Source: Geosiphon pyriformis uo1 (Eukaryota > Fungi > Glomeromycota). Taken from it: DNA of 64,000 nucleotides. This document shows, in pieces, positions 12,505 to 25,777 of the stretch; within the stretch, counting starts at the first letter, position 1, and the number at the start of each line of letters is the position of its first letter. The position numbers and the translations under genes were made by a program. The DNA is taken from contig JAAOMT010000376.1 in NCBI GenBank assembly GCA_016748015.1, forward strand, positions 1 to 64,000, read 5' to 3'. Under the pieces are notes generated by a model. The model made no database searches. It saw nothing but the letters and a program-made list of their open reading frames with translations, and was not told the origin of the DNA.

Positions 12505-15049
12505 TTTCTTTATGAGATTAACTTAATAAATTTATTAAAGAGATGAAGAGTCAGAATATAAGAATGTAGGTGTAATTATTTCACGAAAAGATGAGTGAAA
12601 ATTTTTGAAATTCGAAGGTGAATATTTATATTAATTTCAGCTAATTTCGATTTCTTTTGTGTAAAGACTTTTCATAGAAAATATATTTTTTAATGCATGT
12701 ACCTTCATTTTCAATATAATCAATATAAAATTGAATGAAAATTCTCTTTTTTAAATTTTTGTATGAATCAGTTAACCTGAACAAAAATTATTTTTAAAAA
12801 ATAGGTAACTACTCCCCAAAAAAGAAAAGGAGAAATACTGTGCTACCATTAGCGTGAATCATTTTTTCCAAATTTCTTATTTTCACATTAAATCTATTGT
12901 CAATAAAATTATTTATTAAATTAGCTTTTCATTCACAATATGTTTCAAATTTATTGTATTACTTTGAAAAGATAATTTTATCGCAACGTAAAACCTGTGT
13001 CAAAAGGTTTTTACTTGCAATGACCTAACCAATAAAATCCTGATTTTTCAAATATTTTATGCATTCATAGTTATTTCTGGTTTTTTACAAAAATTAATAT
13101 TGATGGCTTAGGATCGTAAAAGGTCCCAATCTATAATCACCAACATAATTTTTCCTATTTAGCGTTTATTTTCTCAATAGATAATGATCATTGTATATTA
13201 GCTATAAATGTTAAATATAGAATCTCCATAGTCGCGCAATTATACTACTATGAAATTTGAATGCATCTATATCGACTTGAATTTCAAATTTTGATTGGTG
13301 AATATGGTTGATCCAATGCAAAAAACTAGTTCTGTGAATTATTACGTAAGAATATCTGACAAAAGGAAGTTTTGAAGTTTTTTTTTCAATGTCAAAGAAT
13401 AAATTTTGGTTTTTAAAAGGGCTAACGACTTCATTAAGTTAGCATTTTATGGACATATTTGTGAATATAAAGGTTTTCTTATTCATTTTCTAAAAAAAAT
13501 TTTTGAATCAATCAAACTAAAAGTCTCAATAACCACATATATAAGGAAGACATTTAAGAAAAATGATTCATTTTTGAAGAATGTTTTTTTTTTCATTGTC
13601 TAGCCATTTGGCCTATTAATCTTATGAATGAGAAAAAAAAAATTAATTCATCCTTTCGATCAAACAAACACTCTTCTTGTAAATATCTAATATCTCAACT
13701 TGCTCATAATTTGAATCAAAATTTTAAAGCAAATTTCATTTTTTTTCTTTTGCATTCAAGTTTCATTTTTTCAAATATATTAATCCAAGACAGAAAAAAG
13801 GGTAATCAAACTTTCATTTTAAAGTTTTTTTTCTTTTTCACATCAATACACTTTATTTATTGCGGTAATCGATAATTACCAATAATACCCTTCACCTGAT
13901 ATGGTTTATGAAATTATTATTTCTAAAAGCTTCAAGCAAAAGAAGAAACTAGGAAGAAATTGGAACGATATATACCTAAAACATGAAAGGCTAGGTTAAA
14001 AAAGTTATAAATAAAGAAAAAACAAGATGAATTGAGAAATATCTGAAAGTAACTTTTTCTTCATATTTAAAAAAATTTCATTTATTGAAATTGAAAGTTA
14101 TCACTTTTACAATAAAATATGCCAACTTGAGCATCACATTAGCAAGAAAAAATGAAACAATAATGGTTTAAAAAAAGTGCTGAATTAAATTAATATGCTA
14201 AAAACAATACTATTTTTTAATGAAGAAAAAAAACAAGTTGTTTAAATTTATTTATTAAGTTTAGAAAAAAATAGTTTATAATAAATTTATAATTTTTTTT
14301 TACTTTTAACTAGGATAAAAATTAAAAAGAAGTTTGATAACATTTTCTATCTTGTACAAAATTAGATAATGAAATTATCAAAAATAAAATTTCTACTCAA
14401 TACTTTTCACAATATAGTTAATTTGAATTTTGTTGACAATAAATATTATAATCAAAATTGTTAAAGCTATTATTATTATTATTATTATTATATAATATTT
14501 GTTTATTTTTAAAAATTTTAAATAAATTTCAAAAAAATGGTTATATTTGATTTCATATAAATATAATCAAAAAATTAAACTAAAAAAATTTTAAAATTTA
14601 ATTTTTTATTATTAAAATCATGTACTTTAATATTTTGATAAATTATATTCAAAATAAAAAATGTATATAAATTTGTAATTATAAAAATAAATCTTTTTAA
14701 ATGGTTTTATTTTTTTCAAATACAAATATTTAATTAAAAAATCCATTTAAAAAAGTTTTTATTGTTCATTCATTCTTTGAAAAAATATCTTTGCTAAATT
14801 AATGAATCACCAGGTTTTCTTTTAAAATAAAATTTTGTTAGAAATTATAAGCGTTATCATATTGATGTGATCTGTATATACATTAGAGAAATTTAATAAT
14901 TAGAATATTTTATTCATTCATCACCTAACCTTTGTTGAAAACATGTTACAATATTTAGCAATTCTAGCTTATTATAAAAATTAAATCTTTGAAAACGAGC
15001 GGAATACAAAACTTTTGTTACAGGAATGCATTATGAAAATGAAATATTG

Positions 15050-16570
15050 ATAAATTTACAATTATACTTCACAGGAGTCTAGAGATGCCTTTTACTTTTT
15101 CATGCAAGAGAATTTCGAAACGAGTTTTCCCATTTTAAAAAAGCTTCCTTTCTTTGAAGTGTTTGAATTTTTTTCGTTGTTCGTATCATCTTTTTGAAAC
15201 CATTCATAAGAAGTTTGAGTTTTTATTTAAATTATAATTTCAAAATAAAAAATGGGTAAAATCCTTACTTGAGATACTTGGATTATTGTCTTCGGGTGAA
15301 TCTGGTTCTATTCAACGTTTAAATAAAATTCAGAGAGGGTTTCTATATAAGCTCTTGGATCAGGAGACAAGATCAGAAGGAAGATAGTAAACATACCATC
15401 AGATATATCCAGCCTTCGGATTGTCGACACTTTGTGAAAGTTATTTGTAAGATCTTGTAATATTTTCAAGGTCAGTCGGATGACAAAGAATAATGTTATC
15501 CAAAGTAAAAGACAGATTAAAAAGCACTTATAAATTCAATAATATACCTTTTTTTTCATTCTTTTTTGGATTTGGTGCCCAAAATTCGGGTCGCCAAATT
15601 TTTGATGATGATTTTCCATTTGGCGTCGAATTACTTCCTAGTTGATGAAAGTTGTGTGTGTCAAGAAATTTGAAAGAATTGAAGGTTTAAATTGATACAT
15701 TTTTTGAGCAATGAACTGTCTTATTTACCGTTCTGACCCATTAAATCTTGCTCTGCTTGTTTATTTATTGAATCTATCGCCCACGAATTGAAACAGGCTT
15801 CAGAAAGCTTTCAAGATATTCAAGATAATATTATAGTTCGTGAATTATTGACTTACTTGCATAAATATCGACAATAGTGTCTGCCTGATCAGTGTCCGTT
15901 TCAATGAAGAAGATAACTTTCGGAAGGAAGTAAGGAAGACTTTATATTTAAAAAAGGTTTTGATAATTTCACTAATTTGATTATTTCAAAAAAGTTTTAC
16001 CAGGTGACGTCGCCGAGTCATTGTTCGAGTCTTGAGAACTAAGTGTATTGTCTATTGAGATGTTCGTTGAAAATAAAAGTAAAAAAAGTTTTGAGTCATC
16101 AATCACAAAAAAATATTACCAAAAACATCGATTCTTTCCTTTACTATCGCTACATTTGCTTGAACTTAAAAATAAATATATAGATACCTCTAGATAAGGA
16201 CATAATAGAATTTTGAAATGTTAAGGACAAGGAATTATAAGAATTCTCACAAATATCCACTCTTTAATAGTTTGATGTTCTCTTTTCTGACGTACCATTC
16301 TCGCCACAGACTTTTATATATTCTTGACAACACCTCCTAAGACCTGAAACATCATTGTTGGGAACACTTTAAAACTAGCTTTATCCGTTTAGCAATGATG
16401 TCAGAAGTTAAAATGTATGGAACACGAATCGAATAAACTATTGAAACCAACTGCAGGATGAGGGCATGAGTTCAAGAGATCGAGTTTGGGAGTAGTTAGA
16501 CAAAAGCATGAATGATGCTACATTTGTACTAGACCTGATTAGGAAATAAAAGTTTTGGCGTACATACCTA
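15050..16570 (-). pseudogene. Decayed multi-exon gene relic of unknown product
   Basis: Series of GC-richer blocks ending in minus-strand donor-like GTAAGT/GTAAAT/GTATGT/GTGAG; protein-like fragments (LPYFLPKVIFFIETDTDQADTIVDIYA; IWRPEFWAPNP; LWREWYVRKENIKLLKSGY) interrupted by stops; no complete spliced frame found. Confidence 0.4.
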
Positions 16571-18261
16571 TTTGAGTTTTCCAAGCATGAGTTTGTATTT
16601 ACACACACCAAAAAAAAAATAGCATTTAATAAAAATTTTTGGGTTGATTATAAAGAAAACGTGATAATCAGGAACCTTGCAAAACTGATTTTTAATGACC
16701 TCTTCATTCCTATGATTGATACAAGATAGCATCAGAAATTTTGGAAAACAATTAAACCCTTAATTTACACTTTTACAATTATAAGCAATAAACAAATCCA
16801 CAAATAAAGAAGTTCTTTTCTAGTTTTTTATATTGGGCAAGAAATTGCTAGTGAAGAATTTCCCGAATTTCCATGAAACGTAAAAATGAAAATTTGTATT
16901 ACAATTAATGGAGGATTTTTAAAGTGAAAGAAAATAAAGTGTAATTGAGTGTTTCTCAATTCCGAAATTTTTTCAGTGATTGAATATAAAAATAAAAATT
17001 TTTGATCTAAATTAAATTTAATTTTAATTGTGAAACAGCGCGTTCTCATATAATCAAGACTGAAAAAGATCCCAAAAAATTAGGAGATCTTTATAATAAA
17101 AATCCCAAAATAGGTTTTTTTTATTGGCTGGAAGAAGAAATGAATCAATAATTTTTTTGTGACTGTGGCTAATACAATTAATCATATTGATAATCATTAT
17201 CAATAGAAAAATTGTTTATATGATTAACTGTGTGTTTTAAGAATTCTTAAAATTGCTATTACTGAAATAAAATAAATCAATTTATAGTTAAATATAAAAA
17301 AATTAATCTTAATAAATTTAAATTCAAACCAAAAAACTTTAGATTTTTTGAATTTGAGTAAAAATATTGTGCAATTAGTTATACATTTATTTAAGTTTAA
17401 TCATTTAGGTTTTCCAAAAAATCAAAAACTCAAGACTTTTGAATTAAAAAAAATATTATATTTGATTTTAGTATAATTATTATTTAAAATGATTGTCAAT
17501 TAAAAAAAAATAAAGCTAAAAATTAATTCCCCAAAATTTTTAAATAAAATTATGAAAAAATATGTTAAATCATTTAATTATATGTTTCATTCAATAAATA
17601 TTGCATTGAAATTTAAAATGTTTAATACCTTTACTTATCAAAAATCTTTGACATATGAATGAATTTTTCAAAAAAAAATTAAAAATTATTTAAAAATTCT
17701 TTTTATTATCAAATAAAATGAAAAATATCAAAACTTTTTTTTGGAATTTATTTCTTGTTTGATATTAAAAAGAATTTTAGTAACCTTTGAATTGAATCTG
17801 AAAAAAATTGACAAAATTTAAATATAGAACCGCTCTTAAAGAAAGAGAAAGAATTTTGTTTATTCTTATTTGCAATTTAAATAATTAAATAAATAATTTA
17901 TTTCTCTGAACTTTTTTTTTAACAGCTTTCTTTTTCTGAATATATTTAATAAAGAACTTTAAATCTCTAATCATATTTTCATAAAAACCAAGAAAAAAAT
18001 TAAAATTCATATTAATTTCTAAATATTAATGTTTATGAAAATAGTAAAAAGATATATTTACTCCAAAATGCATTTCTTATTTGAGTTAGAAAATTAATCT
18101 GTAAATAAAAGCAACCCATGGAAATGATTCATGAATTGTTTTTTGGAAATTAGCATAAGTTAATTAAAAATGGTAAGAGATATTTATATTTTCAAACTTT
18201 GAAACCAGAATTGCTTAAAACCCAATTTCCCAGTCTTACTTACAAAACGGCTTTCTTTTTC

Positions 18262-19370
18262 AGCTATTGTGTTAGGGATGCACGCGTCCATTCCTATTCA
18301 AGGTAAAAGTTTATTGACAAGAATTTGCATCTAATATCGAGATGGATTATAACTCGATACCCTTAGTTCAGCTTGCCTCTCATCAATAGAATTATTAAAA
18401 TAACTTCCATTTGATCCGATCAACCAACAATGTGGCTGAAGTTCGAGAAAACAGCTAAAATCAGCATCCGTCCATAAACATTAATCAACACTGTAGCATC
18501 TTTTTCTTCGACAAGAATGGTCTAATTAAAAAATAAAGTTTCCTTAATGGAATTCTTTGCTCAGAGAGATCGAGCTCCTAATAAACGTTCAATTAGAAAA
18601 CCATCAAGCATTCTCCCATTTATTTGATTTTCGACTTATTCATATGAAGATTTCTCCTCTTATAATCTATCCTCTTGGCACTTTGGAATCAGACCCAGTG
18701 TTAGATATACATTTTGCTTGATGAACGAAAATTTTAAACTGACTGAAAATTTAAGGCAGCAGAAAATATATTAATTAGAACTTTTTGTACTATTAATATA
18801 TGAGTAAAATGAAGGCTAGGCTTTTCCTCTTCTAATCGTAGCAGTTCTTTGAAGCGAGGTTCCTTTATCTTTATTTCATTTATTACAGTCAATAGTTTTG
18901 AGTAGAAGGCTAAGGATTCTTTTAATATCTGTTTCGCATCCCATAAAACCACATAACGAAAGGTATCATATTCACTAATGACACGATCTGTAGCTGTCTC
19001 TCTAGTATTTTGCTAGTCATTTTATCATAATATCAAGTCGCGTTTCTGCAACTTTCCTGTATACTAACAAATATAATTATTTTCGTCCTCTGACTAATCT
19101 TGCATAACTGCTCTAGTAAAAAATTCTAAAGATAACTCCATCTCAGTTTTAACTTTCAAGCCTATTTCTAAATATTGCATGATAAATTTGCCTATTTCGG
19201 GCAAAAGAAAATAATTGATTGCAACGAAACTTTCAAAGACACTTGAAGCTGTTAAGTTTTTAACCTAAATTGAGCCAGTATACAAAAATTCTAAGATTAA
19301 TTTCAAGGCCAAAGTAGACACATTCTGAAAATTAAAATCTTTTCACGACTCTTTCAGACCCTCAATCAAA
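18262..19370 (-). pseudogene. Pseudogene copy of the BTB-SPRY gene (5'-truncated, stops, deletions, replaced internal segment)
   Basis: ORF fragment 18734-18952 (VLWDAKQILKESLAFYSKLL...EEEK) matches the 25778-27193 protein; flanking DNA aligns to BTB (LKLILEFLYT followed by GAG->TAG stop) and SPRY (CWLIGSNGSYFNN) segments. Confidence 0.85.
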
Positions 19371-19849
19371 TAAAGACTGATATTTTGATGAAAAATTAAT
19401 TAAAAAAAATAAGCAGCTTAATACTTATATGTCATGGAGTTGAGTTGATTTGGGATTCTATTCCAACTTGAGTTAGTTTTAATATTTAATGCGTTTTTTG
19501 TTACATAATATGACCTCAACATCTTATAAAGCATGAATGACTTACTCAAGTAACATTTTTTGAGCTTCTTGCAAAATAATTATTAGCCAGAAATGAAAAA
19601 AATAGAATAACACCGTACTTTTTAAAGATTATATAAACAAAAACATTGATATGTTAGAAAACAATTAAAAGTAAATATGCTTAATGCACTAGATGTACTA
19701 TGTGACAATTATTGGCTCAACCAGTAGCTGCAAAAAGCTTTATGCGTTATTTACAAGAAAACTTAGTTGATATGTATAATTGGACAGATAATTCTTAAAC
19801 TATTTAGTATATTTTGATATTTTAATTATTTGGCAAATTAATAACAAAA

Positions 19850-21900
19850 AAGTTTAAGCAAATGTAAGTAAAGTTTTATTATGAATAAATGTTTAAATAA
19901 TTTCTAAGTTTAAAAATTAATGGAGCAAGCTAATAATATACTTTAAAACAAGGTTTTAAAATAAATAAAAGATAAAAAATTAATAATTAATTATATGGAC
20001 TTTATTTGAATGACATGTAAAATCATAATTTTTTATATTCTTTTGTTTGTTTTTTCTTTTTTTCAGATTTGGTAATTGGTTTTTCACAAATATAATTATT
20101 AATAAAATAATAACAGCAATTGTAAGATGATTAATAACCAAATAACTTATAAAACTGACAACAACAACAACAACAAAAGTTTTTATTAAAATAATCAACA
20201 ACAGTAACAATAACAAAATAACCAGCAGCAACAACAAAAAATAAACAAATAGCATTAACAAATAAATTAGCAACGACAATATTAAATTTTATAAAACAAC
20301 GTACAAAAATTGGCAATTTTTGAAAAAATATAAATATTCTATTTTAATAACTTTTATATTTCTTACTGAAATAATAAGAAATGTTTTTTTTTTTTATATC
20401 ATTTCTTATTAATATTTTTTAATAATATAATAATAACAACCAGAAAAATACACTTTATAGCATAATTAATTCATTTACCGATGCTATAAATATGTTAAAT
20501 TATTTGTAATTAATATAAAAAAATATCTCATAAACGTGAGAATTTTGAAAATTTTAAATTTAATTGTTTAAATATTAATAAAGCTTTTATAAACAAAATA
20601 ATTAGAATAATTAATAAAAATTGGATAAATTGAATACAAATCAAATATATTAAGCCATTTTTATTATGTAAGAAAATTAATGTTTATTATTTGTGTAAAA
20701 AATTTTTATTGTAATTGTGAAAGTTTAGAATATTAAATAGTGCACAATGTTAAAAATAATGAACGAATTATAGCAAATAAATATTATTAAAATTTTTAGA
20801 TAACAAAAAATCCAATTTATAAATTTTAATTGGTTGATAAAAAAACATTTTTATTAGGTAATCTTATAAATAATATAATTGGTTGTATTGATTCAAGGAT
20901 AAATTAAGATTAAATAAAAATTTTAACCTAATTTAACATAAAATTATTTAATGATAGAAACTTTAAATATGAAAAAATTATTTAGTTTTTATTTTAAACT
21001 TTATATGACAAATAAATTTTATTGTTACCTTTATGCCAACTATTTTATTAATTTTTTGCATGAATATATAAAACTATATTGTTTAAATTCTTTATTTATC
21101 TATTTACTTACTTTTAATAATAAAGCCATATAAATAACTATCAATCAAAATTTGAATCTATTTTTAAATATTGTTTTCATATAAAATTGAGCTTTACTAA
21201 TAATAATTAAATATTTTATAATAGTTTTGTGTTTAATGTGAAAATTTTTATAAAAATTAAAAATTTAATATCGTAAAGAATAAAACATAAATATTTATAT
21301 GTTATAATATTATTACAAATTAAAACTGTTACAAAGTGAAAATTTATTAAAATGATAATAAAATTTTGATATTTTATTTATATAATTATTGATAAAATAT
21401 AATTAATAAATATTAATAATGCATAAAAAAATTATAATCAATAATATAAAAATAATAAACTTAAAAATAATGTTATAATAAAACAATAAAAAAATTATAT
21501 AATAATTATAGAAAAAAACAAACAAACAAATTATTTAAATTATTTAATTAAAAATATTTAAAATGTTTAAATAATTTATAAATATATTTTATTTAAAAAT
21601 CTTAAAATTCAATTTATTTTAATTTTTAATTACAAAAACAGTTTTTATTGATTTTCAAGTTAATTTATTTATTAAATACCAAAAAATAAATTATAAAATA
21701 AGTAAGTTTCTAATTAATAAATAACCTATTTTTCATAACTTTGAAAACTTTTGTTTTTGTATTAATTAACTAATTTAGCAATTGAATTGACAATTAAATT
21801 AATAATCAAATTAATTTAAAATTTTAAAATTAGAATTATATTAAATAATATAATAAAATTAATAGTTAGTTAATAAGCTACAATTAATTATTAAATAAAA
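19850..21900. mobile_element. Probable heavily decayed repeat/transposon remnant (hyper-AT, CAA/TAA-rich)
   Basis: Almost G/C-free tract containing a degenerate CAA/CAG/TAA triplet run (20100-20280); no diagnostic TE domain recognisable. Confidence 0.3.
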
Positions 21901-22001
21901 AATTAACAATGAAAATCAAACTTTCCCCTTCTGAAAATCGAGAGCTTTTTTTAAACAATGTCAATCATACAATATATATAATTTGAAAAATTCTTATTTA
22001 G

Positions 22002-22006
22002 AAAAA
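22002..22006 (-). terminator. Pol III oligo-T terminator of the tRNA-like gene
   Basis: TTTTT on the minus strand ~10 nt after the discriminator; T-runs are common in this AT-rich DNA. Confidence 0.45.
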
Positions 22007-22015
22007 TTTTTGAGT

Positions 22016-22103
22016 AGCCCCCGCCTGGAATTGAACCAGGTCCTTCAGGAATGATGGTGAAAGCCGCATAAATTCTGATATGCAACGACTACACCACAGG
22101 GGC
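22016..22103 (-). tRNA. Atypical tRNA-like gene (Gln-like scaffold, ~17-nt insertion in anticodon arm, TTA in canonical anticodon register); functional tRNA or pseudo-tRNA
   Basis: Acceptor stem GCCCCTG/CGGGGGC, D-stem GTGT/GCAT, T-arm CCTGG-TTCAATT-CCAGG (perfect B-box), A-box-like TGGTGTAGTCG, discriminator T, T5 terminator ~10 nt downstream. Confidence 0.65.
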
Positions 22104-22179
22104 TCGAAATTTATACAATTCTACTAAATCAAATTTAATATATTCGAAATAATACCCAAGAGAATTGAGCATAATCTTA

Positions 22180-22219
22180 AAGCTGCACTAAGGAATAAGT
22201 CTATTCCTTAGCGCAGCTT
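22180..22219. repeat. 18-bp inverted repeat (hairpin, 4-nt loop, one mismatch)
   Basis: aagctgcactaaggaata-agtc-tattccttagcgcagctt; extends imperfectly to ~22164-22229. Confidence 0.85.
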
Positions 22220-22977
22220 ATGCCTCAATGAGTCTACATTTAGTCTTTGCTATAACAAGAGTTCCTACTTTTCATCTTCGTCAAATTATTAAGCTCAATT
22301 AATTTTGGTATTGTTACCTTCGTCGAACGAATATTCCTTTCCTGGATGACTTTTAGTCATATCAGGCACCATTATAGTTTCATAGTTTGCTCCTAGAACT
22401 TGTAAACCTCTTAAGTTCAACAGGAGAGGTTTAGATCTTGAATTATAAATAAAATATCTTATTCTTTAATATATATGAAATTTAAAATACTAGAACTTCT
22501 TGAGCTCAAAATTTCAAAATCTAAAAATCGAGAATTAGTAAATTCTAAAATGCATAAATTTTACCCAGAAGACTCTTTTAAGATTCGAAGAAATTGATGA
22601 TTTCACCTTAAGGGTCTAACTGCGTGATTATCTTTATGAAAGCTCCACATTCTTTAGCTATCTGTGATTAGAACAAGGCCACCTATCAAAATTTAATTTT
22701 GCCGAATACGAGTTTTTACTTGCAAAATTTTTCTCAATTATAATATATCTGGCTCTCGTCAGGTGATCATCCTGGATTATCAGACTTTAAGACAGGATAA
22801 TATTTTTCCCCGACCATCATCAATTAATCATTTCAAAAATTGTGAAACTGTCGTGGCTATCTATGACTGGTAAAATGAACTGTATACATTAAATTGCGTA
22901 ACGTTATATTCAATGTTCTAATTTTATTTTTGAACAACCTTCGGTTTCAATTTTTATTTCCAAATCTAAAAATCAAC

Positions 22978-24824
22978 ATGATCCCATTGCTTCGAATTTC
23001 TGCTCTTTTATTTCTGTTGGCCTCCTATATTTTTGTTGGTGTTAATTCAAATGTAATTGAATTGACACCTGACAATTTTGATGAGGTGGTCGGTAAAGAT
23101 CGAGCTGTATTTGTAAAGTTTTACGCTCCGTGGTGTACTCACTGTAAAAACTTAGCACCTGTATGTATTAAACTTGAGTTCCTTATACACTTCGAAAATT
23201 TGAATTCTTTACATATAAGGGATAATTCATGATTTTAAATTTTTAGATATGGGAAGAATTAGGAGAAGCTTTCGCCAGTGCTAAAGATCGTGTTGTAATT
23301 GCTAAAGTTGATGCCGGTAAGTTTAAGATTTTTTGCATCAGAATCTTTTTTGTAGTTTTATAATCATTTCTTAATATCAAAAATTACTTCGCAAGATAAT
23401 TACCATGACTTGGGAAGTCGATATAATGTTGGTGGATTTCCTACTTTAAAATGGTTTGATAAAGGGGTATCGGATAAACCGGAAGATTACTCAGATGGGC
23501 GTGATCTGGAAACATTGGCGAGCCATATTGAAAAAAAGACTGGTAACATTTAATCAAAGAATTTATTATTTGAAAGTTAATTAAATTGTTTAATCATTAT
23601 TTTTTTGTTCGCTCAAAGGTATTCGACCAAGTATTAAAAAACCTGTAGTCTCGGTAACAATTCTCAATTCACAATCATTTAATGAGATAGCTTTAGACCC
23701 GAAAAAACATGTCCTGGTAGGATAATACTTAAAGGTTGAATCAATCAGTTTACTATATATTCATTTATCTGATAAACGTCGTGATTGTTTAATGAAAAGG
23801 TTGAGTTTTATGCCCCATGGTGTGGTCACTGGTAAGTTAGGTTTCCTGTTAGCATTTCTTTGCCTTTTTTCAAGAAATTAATTTCGATTCTATTTTTTAG
23901 CAAGAATCTAGGTATATAACTTTTAAGAGATTTAAATGATAATTGAGAACTCAAATATTATTCTCTTTTCAGCTCCAATCTACGAGAAAGTCGCATCATA
24001 TTTTACCGAAGAATCGGATGTAAGTGAAAACTATTTTAAGTAAATGGCAAAAATATAAAGAAAAATTAAATACTTCAGCTTCTCCTTGCTTCATATGATA
24101 TCGCTTTCAGTGTGTCGTAGCTAACTTAGATGCTACAGCACATAAAGACGTTGCCGATAAATATGGTGTCAAAGGATATCCCACAATTAAATATTTCCCA
24201 AAAGGTGAGGGAATAGAACCTGTTGATTACGAGGGCGGTCGTACCGAACAAGATTTTGTGAATTTCTTAAATGAACATTGTGGAACTCACCGTCTTGTGG
24301 GTGGTGGCTTATCCGAAAAGGTACAAGTTAATTTTTTCGCGCGTAAAAAATCATTAATCTTCATGTAATTAAATTCTTTTTTCAATTAAGGCGGGTAAAA
24401 TTGCTGCTTTAGATGAATTGGCTCTCTTTTTTATCAAGGCGTCAAACGATGACATTGAAGATATAGTGGAGAAAGCTCGAAAAGTTGCAAAGAATCTAGA
24501 TACAAGGTATTTAGTTTTAACGTTTTTTTATTAATTATAAAAAACAACCTCCATAGTGGCAAAAGTCAATGTGAAAATTTTTGCGTTTTCAGATTTGCGA
24601 ATTACTATGTTAAAGTAATGGAAAAGAGTATGAACAAGAGCGAATATGTTAACAAGGAAACCGAACGACTCGAAAAGCTGTTAAAAAAATCCGGAAATGC
24701 AGTCGCCAAGACAAAAATCGATGACCTCACAATTCGAAGAAATATCTTGAGAAGCTTTAATAAGACTGAAGAGATTTCTATACTTGAGGATGAAGTTGAG
24801 GAAGGAGTTCACATCGAGTTATAA
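22978..24824 (+). CDS. Protein disulfide isomerase, ERp38/TigA type (two thioredoxin domains + ERp29-like C-terminal domain), 10 exons
   Basis: Signal peptide; [14 protein letters not shown] and [14 protein letters not shown] active sites; [22 protein letters not shown]; helical C-terminus (YYVKVM...ETERLEKLL...[10 protein letters not shown]); C-terminal HIEL ER-retention-like signal; spliced model open. Confidence 0.93.
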
Positions 24825-25777
24825 AAATTGGTATTTCAATTTTATATTCTTTGGCCTTCGTATTTTCTTCCAAAAATTTTTCTCCAATATAATAAAATTT
24901 AGGGTACAGATAATAAATCATGATTTTTATTTTTTGTGAAACTTCAGATTGTTCCAATTTTTTGGGAGATCAAGAAAAACCATGAATTCTTTGATTCACA
25001 TTTAAGTTTGGTGTTAAGTTTTTAATGACATGATTTTGTGGCAATAAGCGAATTGGATCACAAACTTCTTGGACTTGTCTCCTTAAATTGTAAATCACAT
25101 ACAATTTCCGCTTTTTATTATGTTCGATTCACAAAATTTGACAATAATTCTAATGCTTAATGCTATTAAACCGAACAAATTTAGCCAATTCCTTCCGCAG
25201 TAGACTTTCCAAAAAGGTTAAGCTGAATCTCTTAATTTTAGACCTTAAGAGTTGAGTTAATAATTAATGACAGAAAAATGTTGACAAAAAGTACAATCCA
25301 CAACTTTGTGAACATTACTAATTAAAATTTGTATTGAAATTTTTTCAGCTGTCACGCGGAAAACTAATAAATATGTTGTGTCTAAATCACAATTGCTCGA
25401 ATTTGGAATTAACACTGCGAGAATTACATATCAACAAATATACTCCTATATTAATGTGTACATACACATTCTGTTAAAAGTTGAATTTATTTGTTTGAAG
25501 TTAAATAGTCGGTTAAATCGTAACACAAGTTTTTTAAAGTGGATAATTATGAACTTGATGCATTTTCATTGAAAGAGCGGGAAAAGGTATTATACTAGGA
25601 TGTGACACATCCCAATTAAATAATAATAACAGGTTAATAACAAGTTTGTACACATTATGATTCCTTTGAACTGGTTAAACACTTTGAACTCTAAAGAGGT
25701 TAAATACCCTTGCTAGTTGTAGCTATTTCTTTTTACACGCTTGAAAAACCATTTTAATCATTCCTTTGAAATTAGAA

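Noticed and set aside
13406-13875. Short AT-rich ORFs (also 259-441, 9714-9929, 16828-17049, 20951-21133, 39481-39663, 53154-53396)
   Set aside because: F/I/K/L/N-biased chance ORFs with no motifs or splice support
19980-20316. Hydrophobic Leu/Val/Cys-rich ORFs resembling membrane proteins
   Set aside because: Antisense reading of a degenerate CAA/AAC low-complexity tract
22015-22104. tRNA-Sec interpretation (a 9/4 fold is drawable, TTCAATT T-loop, TCA triplets nearby)
   Set aside because: No long variable arm, no CT-TCA-AA loop in a proper anticodon stem, and the discriminator is not G
24334-24342. E2F-consensus-like site TTTCGCGC in a PDI intron, and a near-match upstream of E2F (~32416-32425)
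   Set aside because: Single short motifs; the intronic location and imperfect match give no support for function
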